The notes below the pieces were generated by a model. It saw only the letters and a list, made by a program, of their open reading frames with translations, made no database searches and was not told the origin of the DNA. 64,000 nt of DNA from an uncultured virus (IMG/VR IMGVR_UViG_3300042261_000615) (lineage: Duplodnaviria; Heunggongvirae; Uroviricota; Caudoviricetes), in IMG/VR virus record IMGVR_UViG_3300042261_000615; one strand, 5' to 3'. How positions within the stretch are numbered: the first letter of the stretch is position 1; every line of letters begins with the position of its first letter. A program made the translations under genes and the position numbers. Shown here in pieces: positions 9,502 through 19,121 of this stretch.

Positions 9502-10130
9502 ATCGAAAACCATTTATCAGCCCCTTTAATTATAGGGTGATACCACCCCAATATCTTACGCATCTTATTACGTTTCATATGGATTGGATATAACCATATG
9601 TTCTTCGGCAGCCCTTCACATATTACAGCCTTACCCGTTTTAACATCTTCCCTCATTCGATATGAATAATCCCTATCTATAGATAATGAGCGTGGGTGAT
9701 ATATTTTACCTTCCCATTCCACCCACTTTGTAGCCGATGTCTGCCCTATATGTCTAAAGTTAGCAGCTTTGTATATAGTACCCATATGTCCTACAGAGGT
9801 ATCGCTGTATGACAATACATTTTCATATTCAGTATTTGTAGATATCCATTGGATAATTTGTCCCAAAAACCAGCTCTCACTATTTTTTGGAGCAGCATCA
9901 ACACACGCCATTCTACGAATATCTATACAATTTTTATAACGATTTTCATGTCTCGGTTTACCCAATACAGCACCCCCAACCAAATCATTATCTATTGTCA
10001 TAGCGAAACAATTACTTATACCGCCACCCATATGACCACGCTTATAGTGAAACTCTTCAAATATATGTCGAATATCACTAAAATCACACAGATATATTTT
10101 GCAACGCGTTTTATCTAAAACTTCATCCAT
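9498..10130 (-). CDS. Mom-like GNAT-fold DNA base-modification protein, paralog 3
   Basis: FEEFHYK, IDIRRMAC, PKNSESWF, VLSYSD, HMGTIYKAANF; start set at the TAATG overlap. Confidence 0.75.
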   Translation of the reverse strand: MDEVLDKTRCKIYLCDFSDIRHIFEEFHYKRGHMGGGISNCFAMTIDNDLVGGAVLGKPRHENRYKNCIDIRRMACVDAAPKNSESWFLGQIIQWISTNTEYENVLSYSDTSVGHMGTIYKAANFRHIGQTSATKWVEWEGKIYHPRSLSIDRDYSYRMREDVKTGKAVICEGLPKNIWLYPIHMKRNKMRKILGWYHPIIKGADKWFSI

Positions 10131-10495
10131 TATTCCCAAAAACAATGATTTGTTGGTTTAATATCACCCACCTTCTTTTTCTTATCAGTATACTCAATTT
10201 TATCCGAATTATGTAGTTCCCAATCGATACGGGCCTCTGCAATTTCGAAATAATCCGGTTCACGCTCAATACCTATAAAGCTCACACCTTCACGTATTGC
10301 AGCTTTTCCGGTACTACCACTACCCATAAAAGGGTCTAACGTAACACCACCCTTTGGAGTAACCAATCGTATAAGATATGACATTAGGTCTACTGGCTTG
10401 AGCGTCGGGTGCGTATTCGATTTACCAGTATGCAGCGTAAAATGTATTTTTAGTTCGTCTGGTAATTTATCGTATTGCTGCTTTGATAGTTTCAT
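10130..10495 (-). CDS. Split DNA methyltransferase, C-terminal SAM-binding piece
   Basis: NTHPTLKP, LDPFMGSGSTG, FIGIERE; complements the ORF at 11275-12924. Confidence 0.85.
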   Translation of the reverse strand: MKLSKQQYDKLPDELKIHFTLHTGKSNTHPTLKPVDLMSYLIRLVTPKGGVTLDPFMGSGSTGKAAIREGVSFIGIEREPDYFEIAEARIDWELHNSDKIEYTDKKKKVGDIKPTNHCFWE

Positions 10496-11216
10496 ATATA
10501 TAATCTTTATTTAATTTAATATCGCTTTCCCAAAATCTTAATACAGTATAACCAGCTTTACGCATATATGCATCTTGACTTTTATCCAGATTCATTCTTT
10601 TTAATTGTCTATGGTCAGGAATGCCCCCTTTTAATTTGGTGGGGTGACCGTGCCAATAATCACCATCCCATTGTATTACTATTTTTTTATCAACTAATAC
10701 AACATCAACTAAAAATTTATCAAATAGTAATTGCTGACATTCATATTCAACCCCTATATCGTTTAATATAAAATTACCAGCAATTTCTAATCCATTCAAC
10801 CCCTTCCTATTTTGTTGTGACTGGTTTGCTTTTATATTGGATTGTCGCCATTCATCATCACTATTTCGACATACGATAGAACAAAATTTAGTTTCATATT
10901 TTCTGCCATCGGCAAGACTTTTACTTATAGCAAATTCAGTGCCGCATGTTTTACATATAAAACGTGATTTATTTCTAGATTGCCAAATAATCTGACACGT
11001 ATTTCCACAAAATCGTTTAGATTGGGTTTTTGTAGTAAAATGGTTACTACATATTTCACATTGCTTTTCTATAATATATCTAAAAGTTCTAGTAGGTCTG
11101 TAAGTATCATAACATTTGCGAGAGCAGTATTTTTGGTTTTTATTAAAATGACCACCAACAGTCTTACCGCATGACACGCACAAAATTTCTCTATATTTAT
11201 ATTCACACTTACCCAT
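10467..11216 (-). mobile_element. Free-standing homing endonuclease (zinc-ribbon repeats plus DUF559/Vsr-like domain) splitting the methyltransferase
   Basis: CxxC...YCSxxC repeats; VDVVL...IQWDGDYWH...D...GYTVLRFWE; TATTTATA at 11249-11256. Confidence 0.85.
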
Positions 11217-11274
11217 AATAATTCATTAAGTTAAAAGGTTTCACTGTGTATAAATATAAAAAAAATAATATAAA

Positions 11275-12924
11275 TCATAAATATTTTTTAATTTTTTCTA
11301 ATATTTCTAATGCAACACCATCGTTTAATATATAAAAATCATCACCCAACCCTTCATTGCGTTCCGATTTGGATACTTTTGGACAATAAAAGAATCGAGA
11401 AGCACCACCCATATCATCATATTCGCAATTAACTTGAACTTCGGTACTATTGTTTAATTTTATCGGGTTACTTATATCAGCCGTTCTTTTATTTCCTTTT
11501 ATAGATTTACTCACACCACTTTGTTCATCCAACAGTTCCCCCGCTTCTTCATCCAAAATTATATTAGCAGGCCATCTACCCAAAGTTTGACCATTAGTTT
11601 GGTGTGTTTCTTGAGCTTTACTATAACCATAAATACCTTTGCTTACGGCACTATCACTACCCCGACTATGGTTCGTTATAGTTTCATCTGTAGCTATTCT
11701 ACACCCGTCTATGTTAATCCCACCAGTACCCCATTTCAGTACGTTGTCTGCAACAGTAGGTTCGGATAGTGGTTTTCTACAAAGTGTCCACAATTCCATA
11801 GCAGGTTTAAGAGCTGTGCCTCGGCCGTCAAATTCTGCTACATGGTTTTTTAGAATATCTACCATGCTTGAAATTAGGAGCTCCATTGTGGATACCGTAA
11901 TAATGACATTGATGACAGTAGGTAATTCCGTTTGAGATAACATGCCGCAACTCGGGGTATTCTGAACATAATTTAATATGATGGGCTTCAAGTTTTTTAT
12001 TATCTCCGCATATTGTACATTTATATCCATCTCGTTCAAGTACCGAACGTTTCCATTGTAAATCTTCTGGACTACGTCTACCTTGAGACTGTCCATTATT
12101 TTTTCTTCTAAAAGAGGATGAGCATTTATGGGAACAGAAATTATGTTCGGAGTGGATGATGTTAGTATTTGGTTTTCGTACTTCAAGTCCACAGTATTCG
12201 CATTTAATAACATTTGAGTTTGCAAGAGATCTGCAGGATTTACTACAATAGTTGTGTGCCCCTCTAGTGTGTGACAAGTTTCTATCAAATTCACTTCCGC
12301 AATTATCGCATTTGACTCTAATTTTAGTTGTGTGTCCGATACCGGAGCACTTTTTACTACAGTATTTTTTTTCGTTATATGATTTCCAGCATCTATCTGT
12401 TGTTTTGGGGATAACTGTTCCGCATGTTTCACAATATCTAAGTTCACGTTTTTCCATAATTCATATATATCTTTACTATAAGTATCAAATTTTTTAAAAT
12501 TGTCAATTGATTTATAGATATTTTTTGATATATTCATACTTTTCGGGAATCCGCTTCCATATACCCAGGCAACAATATCCCTGATTTCAAACCCAGCAAA
12601 TCGCAGACTAGATGCCATCCAATCCTGCGTTCTAGTACCACATGCGACCAGCATATACCCCCCCGGTTTCAATACTCGATATACCTCCTTCCATAATATA
12701 GGTTGGGGTACGAACGAATCCCATTCCTTTCCCATAAAACCACCACCCTTTACTTCATGGTATCCGCACTTTACCCATGATGTCATCACGTCTACAATGT
12801 CGGGTTCTTTTCCAAGTCCGTATGGAGGGTCTGTAACAATACTATCAACCGAATTGTCATCCAATTCTTTTAGCCTATCTAAGCAATCTCCTAATAATAA
12901 TTTAATGTTTCCGTTATAACTCAT
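11275..12924 (-). CDS. Split DNA methyltransferase, N-terminal catalytic piece, with a ~225-aa in-frame insertion
   Basis: GDCLDRL, TDPPYGL, WVYGSGFPKS, GTALKPA, GRWPANII, ASRFFYCPK; no FxGxG motif. Confidence 0.85.
   Translation of the reverse strand: MSYNGNIKLLLGDCLDRLKELDDNSVDSIVTDPPYGLGKEPDIVDVMTSWVKCGYHEVKGGGFMGKEWDSFVPQPILWKEVYRVLKPGGYMLVACGTRTQDWMASSLRFAGFEIRDIVAWVYGSGFPKSMNISKNIYKSIDNFKKFDTYSKDIYELWKNVNLDIVKHAEQLSPKQQIDAGNHITKKNTVVKSAPVSDTQLKLESNAIIAEVNLIETCHTLEGHTTIVVNPADLLQTQMLLNANTVDLKYENQILTSSTPNIISVPINAHPLLEEKIMDSLKVDVVQKIYNGNVRYLNEMDINVQYAEIIKNLKPIILNYVQNTPSCGMLSQTELPTVINVIITVSTMELLISSMVDILKNHVAEFDGRGTALKPAMELWTLCRKPLSEPTVADNVLKWGTGGINIDGCRIATDETITNHSRGSDSAVSKGIYGYSKAQETHQTNGQTLGRWPANIILDEEAGELLDEQSGVSKSIKGNKRTADISNPIKLNNSTEVQVNCEYDDMGGASRFFYCPKVSKSERNEGLGDDFYILNDGVALEILEKIKKYL
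11828..12457 (-). mobile_element. HNH homing endonuclease nested in the methyltransferase gene in a different frame
   Basis: Zinc-ribbon repeats, then VLERDGYKCTICG...LEAHHIK...NGITYCHQCH; promoter variant TACTTATA at 12477-12484. Confidence 0.85.
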
Positions 12925-13664
12925 TCCCAAAAATTATTTGAATTTTTATTTAATCTTTTATTTATAATTTCAATATACTCTATATTATTTTCAATTAAAA
13001 TACAATTTCGATTATTGTTTATACACACATCACCCAAAGTGCCACTACCAGCAAAATTATCCAATATAATATCACCCTCATTTGTAAATAACTTAACCAA
13101 TCGTTCAATAAGTTGATATGGTTTTTGAGTCGGATGCTTTAATTTTTCCCTACTATTATGCGGTAATGCCGGAATATCACTCCAAACGTCACTCATAGTT
13201 ATACCATCTTTTAGAATGCCTGTATAATATTCTTTTCTGTCGGTTTTTGGTTTGATTTTAATATTATTAAATGTACCCCCACTCCCATTAGTATAGTAAC
13301 AAATCGGTTCATATCCACTAGCTAAAGCCGTACCACGGGTATTATTAAATGCGCGTTTTCTAGCCCAAATTATTATTCGTTTTTCATTAAAAAATTCATC
13401 TAATATGGTTGATATTTTGCGATTATATTGACGGCCTGTAAAGATAATTATATTACCCCCATCTTTAATAATTCGTTTATATTCCACTATAATACGTCGG
13501 CACCAATCCAAATACTCAACTTCAGTACTCCATTGATTATCCCAATCTTCTTTAACTACTTTATAAAATGGCCAATCTGAAATTATATGATCTATACTAT
13601 TGGTATCGATATTCCCAAGTTCCTCTATACAATCCCCATAAATAATATTTGCGTTTACACTCAT
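12921..13664 (-). CDS. N6/N4 DNA methyltransferase (beta class) with atypical motif IV DWPF
   Basis: GDCIEEL, SDWPFY, HPTQKP, DNFAGSGT. Confidence 0.85.
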   Translation of the reverse strand: MSVNANIIYGDCIEELGNIDTNSIDHIISDWPFYKVVKEDWDNQWSTEVEYLDWCRRIIVEYKRIIKDGGNIIIFTGRQYNRKISTILDEFFNEKRIIIWARKRAFNNTRGTALASGYEPICYYTNGSGGTFNNIKIKPKTDRKEYYTGILKDGITMSDVWSDIPALPHNSREKLKHPTQKPYQLIERLVKLFTNEGDIILDNFAGSGTLGDVCINNNRNCILIENNIEYIEIINKRLNKNSNNFWE

Positions 13665-13894
13665 TTCTTTTTAATCTTTTTAATTCGTTTACGTTCAAGT
13701 TTTCGCATGTCCGCCAACTCTTTTTGTTCTCGGATGTAAATTGGTTTATAATGGATAATCACTTCAATTGGGCCCGACTTATGCTTACCCAAATCGTATT
13801 TCCAAGTTTCCCGCATATAATCATCTTCAAAGTGTCTATCAAACTTCAAAATAACATCATCAGCTATCGTATTCCTTTTCACCATATACAACAT
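13661..13894 (-). CDS. Hypothetical protein
   Basis: ORF with upstream promoter and ATGA overlap with the next gene. Confidence 0.6.
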   Translation of the reverse strand: MLYMVKRNTIADDVILKFDRHFEDDYMRETWKYDLGKHKSGPIEVIIHYKPIYIREQKELADMRKLERKRIKKIKKK

Positions 13895-13900
13895 TTTTTA

Positions 13901-13932
13901 CAAAGATACTAAAAATATCACACATATCCAAA
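13901..13932 (-). promoter_or_regulatory. Bacteroidota-type promoter heading the methyltransferase/Mom cluster
   Basis: TTTG-N20-TATCTTTG. Confidence 0.75.
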
Positions 13933-13980
13933 CCAATAGACAGTAAAAAGGCACATTTACATAATAAATGTACCTTAAAC

Positions 13981-14178
13981 TTAGCATCCCCAAAATTGGT
14001 TCAAATGCTTCCAAGTTTTATTATTTACAATCTTAATAATGCTTGTAGCAGATACTCCATTTTGGCGCGCCATCAATGAAACATTTCGATATCCCATCTT
14101 CCACAACTTTCGTATTTGTACTACCTGAGCAGACGATAATTTATGCGATGGGTGTAATTCGCCACTTAATACCGGCAT
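13981..14178 (-). CDS. Small HTH protein, paralog of 9322-9501
   Basis: GELHPSHKLSSAQVVQIR...MARQNGVS...KTWKHL. Confidence 0.65.
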   Translation of the reverse strand: MPVLSGELHPSHKLSSAQVVQIRKLWKMGYRNVSLMARQNGVSATSIIKIVNNKTWKHLNQFWGC

Positions 14179-14198
14179 ATGTAACCTTTTTTATTTTA

Positions 14199-14465
14199 TT
14201 ATATGTTTTGATTTATGATATTTACATACGTTGATTTGGGATTCAACCCTACCAATCTTCGTATCTCTTGTCCGTTTTTTTCAAACACAACAGTTGGTAC
14301 ACTTCTAACTCCGTATTGTTGTGTCAATTCTGGGGAATTATCAACATCTACGTTTTGAAACGTAACTGAAGGATAAACACCCCTAAGTTCATCAAACACA
14401 GGATTCAACGCTCGGCATGGTTGACAATATGTCCCATAAAACTTTTTTACTACTAAATTTGCCAT
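14199..14465 (-). CDS. Thioredoxin
   Basis: YCQPC active site, VDVD, YGVRSVPT; adjacent to RNR. Confidence 0.92.
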   Translation of the reverse strand: MANLVVKKFYGTYCQPCRALNPVFDELRGVYPSVTFQNVDVDNSPELTQQYGVRSVPTVVFEKNGQEIRRLVGLNPKSTYVNIINQNI

Positions 14466-14489
14466 ATCATTTATTTTTTAATTTTTTTA

Positions 14490-16346
14490 TCATTGTAATT
14501 CGCATCCAGCACCACCGCAGCTTATTTCACCACTTAAATCTGTCTCGTCAGATAACTCAACCACTTTACTCAAATCCACATCGACTAGGGATTTCATCAA
14601 TCTATCATATTCTTCTTTAGTACATTCCTGGAAAGGAGCCTGGACATAAGTGTGTTCTGCGAATGGTAATACGGATAGACCGTTGTAGTATCGGCGATTT
14701 TGCCACATCCATTCACCAACTTCAGCCCATTCATTTGGTTTTATGGATACGGTTGCGGATATATTGTGTGTATTGCTTCCATTGTCATGCCCACCTTTAA
14801 TCCAATCACCATATACCATTTTTACACGTTCTAAAAGATGTAAAGCACTTTCAGTTCTCAATATTGCACCTTCAGGTGCTTTTTGTGGTACGGATATAAC
14901 TGCTGTATCTTGCGGTCTGAAATATTCATCTTCAATCAGTTCTGGGTGATATAGCAATAGATAGTTGTAAATGGCTTCATTTTTACCAACACGGATTCTA
15001 CGAATATAATAATCACTATGCCAAGCGTGGATTCCCGACGATGTGCCCAACACCAAACTAGCCGATCCGGATGGTTTTATTACCGTCGTTCTTGCTGCAG
15101 GATTTATACCTATAAGTTTAGCGACTCTCTTATTTTCAGATTTAACAACCTCGGCCGCAGATTTCATATCCAAATTCAGTACAGCACCACTACCGATACC
15201 AGTCATAGATACTCCAATTAACGCATCCTTTTCGGTTGTGCGTTTCCATATGGGACGTAGATAATGAAAATCGGTATACCCTGCCTGTAACGTACCAATA
15301 AATGATGCAGTTCTTACACGTGCTTCGTAATCATCCTGATTTTCAACATTGGATACATTCACCTCTGTTAAATTACAGAATTGAAATGGTCTTAATGCAG
15401 TTTCCACGCAGGGGTTTGTTCCATAATCCTTATCATTTGAAAAATAAATACCAGGCTCACCTGCCCCACTCGCTTCTATACGATGCCACAAATCCAAGAA
15501 AAACTCTTTTGTTATTTTATGTCGCATCAATACTGCTGAATTATTAGCTCTACCACGCTGAGGATTCAGTTCCCACCAGGCACCACTCTTTGCACTAATC
15601 ATATCGGCATCGTTGGCTGAAAACAACGATATGAGCGCCGCCCTACGGATACCACCAGCCAATACTGCATCGGCAATATGACAAACCATATCATGTGCAT
15701 CGATGGGTTTCAACTTATCACCATTTTCTTTACTATCCAAAATACCTTCCAACTTAATCAAACACTCCTTCAATGGTTGTGGGCCAGGAGCTTTACCACC
15801 CGATGTGACCAATCTAGCACCCTTAGGTCGTATATCCCTAAAATCAAACACAGGTCTACTACCACCTTGAAAATATGCTTTTACCAGTACGGATACGGCA
15901 TCTGCCCATCCTTCAATACTGTCACCAACTAAAAATCTACGAGTCTTATCTTTGGATGGTTTACGTATCTCAGGTAGTTGTTCTATATGATGTTGTTGAA
16001 CTGAAAATCCTACACCAGACCCACCTAAAAGTAAAAACATAAATTCAGAAAATACCCTAATATCATCGACTGGGGCATATGAACAATTAAATATTCGGTT
16101 TGGCGATATTTCGATTGGTTTGCCGGCGAACTGAATAGAACGCATTGAGGGTAGTACTTTTTTATCAAAAACAAATTTGTAATTCTCTCTAATCTCACTT
16201 TCGAGCTGAGGGTATTTATCTATATGCATTTGCATATTGCGTGTTACCATTTCAGCCCAAGTCTCCCGTCTCTTTAACGTATCGTTATATTTGGCATATT
16301 TCATATGCACCGTAATGTCGCTCAAAATCTTATTCGAAATATCCAT
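14490..16346 (-). CDS. nrdJ: Class II (adenosylcobalamin-dependent) ribonucleotide reductase
   Basis: LPSMR, FNCSY, GGIRRAA, TNPCVE, FCNLTEV, IKPSG, C-terminal CGGAGC; start moved to MDISNK. Confidence 0.9.
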   Translation of the reverse strand: MDISNKILSDITVHMKYAKYNDTLKRRETWAEMVTRNMQMHIDKYPQLESEIRENYKFVFDKKVLPSMRSIQFAGKPIEISPNRIFNCSYAPVDDIRVFSEFMFLLLGGSGVGFSVQQHHIEQLPEIRKPSKDKTRRFLVGDSIEGWADAVSVLVKAYFQGGSRPVFDFRDIRPKGARLVTSGGKAPGPQPLKECLIKLEGILDSKENGDKLKPIDAHDMVCHIADAVLAGGIRRAALISLFSANDADMISAKSGAWWELNPQRGRANNSAVLMRHKITKEFFLDLWHRIEASGAGEPGIYFSNDKDYGTNPCVETALRPFQFCNLTEVNVSNVENQDDYEARVRTASFIGTLQAGYTDFHYLRPIWKRTTEKDALIGVSMTGIGSGAVLNLDMKSAAEVVKSENKRVAKLIGINPAARTTVIKPSGSASLVLGTSSGIHAWHSDYYIRRIRVGKNEAIYNYLLLYHPELIEDEYFRPQDTAVISVPQKAPEGAILRTESALHLLERVKMVYGDWIKGGHDNGSNTHNISATVSIKPNEWAEVGEWMWQNRRYYNGLSVLPFAEHTYVQAPFQECTKEEYDRLMKSLVDVDLSKVVELSDETDLSGEISCGGAGCELQ

Positions 16347-16422
16347 AATCTTATAAATTTTATTGTAGTTAAACCTTCCAAAAATTTTACTGAAGGTAAT
16401 GATAAATATCATCAATTTTTAA

Positions 16423-16456
16423 TAAAAAATGGGTTTTTTTAGCCAAAAACCCATGT
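16423..16456 (-). terminator. Rho-independent terminator after the helicase
   Basis: atgggttttt...aaaaacccat stem with a minus-strand U tract. Confidence 0.6.
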
Positions 16457-16497
16457 TTTCTTTTATTTTTTTTGTCAATACTTATATCGCAAAAACG

Positions 16498-16992
16498 TTA
16501 TCCCAATCCTGAAACTTGTGGAGGTTTACCCCCAATCGGCATTGTTTCCATATATTTTTTATGAAGTAATTGTCTATCTTCTTCAGCACCACTCCTACTT
16601 GCTTTTTGCGAAATAATACCATCGGTTGATGTAGGATTATACACTTCAATAATTCCATGATTCGTGTCCATTTTTGTGGGAAACGTCAATCCATCCGGAC
16701 CGAATCTGTTTTTCATAATATGAATACGAGCAGTATTATTCAATTTATCTTTCGATTTTCTACTTAAACTTATAATGAAGTCTGCGTTCATAACCTTTGC
16801 ATATGAATCCGCAACTTTGTCAGCTTCAATTACCTCACTATCTACAGATGAATTATGGGTATATATATCATTGGCGTAGAACATATGCGTATCCGCCACT
16901 GTTATATCAATCGTTTCCAACTCACCAATCATTTCTATTGAAACGATTTCATCCAAATCAAAATCATTAATATCTAAAGTATGTTTATTCAT
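16498..16992 (-). CDS. Replicative helicase piece 3: 47-aa IntC (16852-16992) plus C-extein
   Basis: TIDITVADTHMFYANDIYTHN|SSVD; ADSYAKVMNAD, MKNRFG. Confidence 0.9.
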   Translation of the reverse strand: MNKHTLDINDFDLDEIVSIEMIGELETIDITVADTHMFYANDIYTHNSSVDSEVIEADKVADSYAKVMNADFIISLSRKSKDKLNNTARIHIMKNRFGPDGLTFPTKMDTNHGIIEVYNPTSTDGIISQKASRSGAEEDRQLLHKKYMETMPIGGKPPQVSGLG

Positions 16993-17956
16993 ATAAAAAT
17001 TTAATACATTGCCCAATAACAACACTTTTATTCTTCATATAATTCTCATATTTTACACGAAGAACATCATAGTTATGCGATTTCAAAAACAAATCACGTT
17101 TCATATCACGATATGTATCATGCCAATACTCACAGTCAAATTCAATAATTTTATGCTTAAACTTAAAATCAACTCTGTGTAATTTTATCAAATTATCAGT
17201 ATGTTCATAAAACTTATACTCTTCATTTAATTCATAAAAATATACGTCAGATTTCATATTATCAGGCAAATGGTTATATATTTGCCAAAATAACGTTTGT
17301 GATGATTTGGATACTCCATTAAATTCCAATGGTTTGGTAATTGCTGATAACCACTCAGTATATTTCACAGTTCCATCAATTTCACCATATTTGGATACCA
17401 TACGGTCTAATGTAATTGCATATTTTTTGCAATTCTCTTCGTATTTAATCCTACCAGCATCTGCCCCATATCTATTTACAAATGATTCAAGTGATATGTT
17501 ATCTTTAATTTTAGCACATATTTCACGACCATAGATTTCACCATATTCGTCTATATATCGTTGCCGAGATACTTTATATGATTGAATTCTATTTCGTTCA
17601 CTCCATTTAGTATAACCAACATCAACACCATGTCGTTCCTGATATTCTTCTAATGTTCTTCCGTTTTTCCACTTTTTATCTCTAAAATTATCTTTTTGAG
17701 TTTTTAGTTTTTTAGAAACAACAGCATCCCATCGTAATTTTCCATCAATATCACCATATTTATCAATATAATATTGTAAATTAAAAGTAGATTTCTTTTT
17801 AGATAAATTTTTAACATAATCATCACCATATTTAATACGTAATTCGTCCTTCGTCTTACCAAATTTTGATTTGTGGTCATTCCACATTCGAAGTCCTTCA
17901 CGCTCTCCGTATTTATTTATCCACGCTTGTTTTACAGATGCCATAATTTTTAACAT
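16985..17956 (-). mobile_element. Free-standing homing endonuclease (DUF559/Vsr-like) between helicase pieces 2 and 3
   Basis: KYG...G...W repeats; VDFK...IIEFDCEYWH...RD...YDVLRV; TATTTATA at 17969-17976. Confidence 0.8.
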
Positions 17957-17993
17957 ATTTAGTGTATATATAAATATAACAACATCACAAAAA

Positions 17994-19121
17994 TTACGTG
18001 TTTTTTTCACTTTTTTTTGTAAAAAGTTTATCACCTACCTTCAATCCCATTTCTATTGATTTCAAATTACCATATTTTGTCGGAAATTGGTGCTTAGCTG
18101 ATACATCTATGGTTTTTCCACTTTTTAATGTTATACGATATACTGCTTGAGTTCCAATTGGAAATACATTAGTAACTGGTTTATATCCATCCGATGTCAA
18201 AACCACATCCCCCTCTTTAATTTTTCCAATTTGTATTTTACCAGATGGGGTATCTACAACACTATCCAGTGCGAGGCATCTATTTGCCTGGCTTGCGGTC
18301 CATATTGGTATACCAAGTTCGCCACCCATACCCCGTAGTTCAATATAAATACCACCCTGTTCACCATAGGTACTATCGGATTTGTTTGTATGCGATAACA
18401 ATAAATCAGCGTAATCAACTATTATCAAATCAGGTTTATTGCCCAATGCAATCATCTTTTCAATATGGGCTTCCAGTTTTTTGGAGGTTATGCCTTTAGG
18501 TGGAAAATATTTAATTAATAGTTTACCTTTCAACTTTTTTATCTTCTCATATACTACATCCGATTTTTCCTTCAAATCAGATGAGGGTATTCCTGTAAAT
18601 ATCGTATCATACCGAGCCCCTACATATTTTTCCGATAATTCAAGTGTATAATGTACAACAGTCTTTCCAGCCTTAACTGCTTGAGCGCCTATGGCATTTA
18701 ACACCCATGTATTATGGGATAGTATCCCATTCGAATAAAAGCAATGTACTTTATCAACAGATAAGTCATATAATATCTTATCAGTTTTCTCTTTTATTTC
18801 TTTAATTTTAGTCACACCAGTTTCAGTCTCTATTATATCGCATGTAATATCAATATCTTTAACAGATTTCCACTCACCGTTTGCCTTCAATTTATGATCC
18901 CAACCACACTCAAGAGTCTTATTATTATTAAAATACAAACGTATTGATTTCTGTTTTACAGTTCTACATACTTGAGGTACTGTATGATACCCGTATGGTG
19001 TGTTTACCTTCAATTCATACGGAATATCAACAAAATAATCTTCAATTTCAGGAATATCATTTTTATTAAAAAAATCGTCAACCCTAATACTTTCCCGTTT
19101 CGTTTTAGTGTGAATTACCAT
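17994..19121 (-). CDS. Replicative helicase piece 2: 137-aa IntC (18711-19121), middle extein, 94-aa IntN (17997-18278)
   Basis: YDLSV...FYSNGILSHN|TWVL; YTLELSE, IIVDYADLL, WTASQANR|CLALDSVV...SAKHQF. Confidence 0.92.
   Translation of the reverse strand: MVIHTKTKRESIRVDDFFNKNDIPEIEDYFVDIPYELKVNTPYGYHTVPQVCRTVKQKSIRLYFNNNKTLECGWDHKLKANGEWKSVKDIDITCDIIETETGVTKIKEIKEKTDKILYDLSVDKVHCFYSNGILSHNTWVLNAIGAQAVKAGKTVVHYTLELSEKYVGARYDTIFTGIPSSDLKEKSDVVYEKIKKLKGKLLIKYFPPKGITSKKLEAHIEKMIALGNKPDLIIVDYADLLLSHTNKSDSTYGEQGGIYIELRGMGGELGIPIWTASQANRCLALDSVVDTPSGKIQIGKIKEGDVVLTSDGYKPVTNVFPIGTQAVYRITLKSGKTIDVSAKHQFPTKYGNLKSIEMGLKVGDKLFTKKSEKNT

Noticed and set aside
11217..11274. Intron joining the methyltransferase halves
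   Set aside because: Only 58 AT-rich bases, and the endonuclease overlaps the downstream half.
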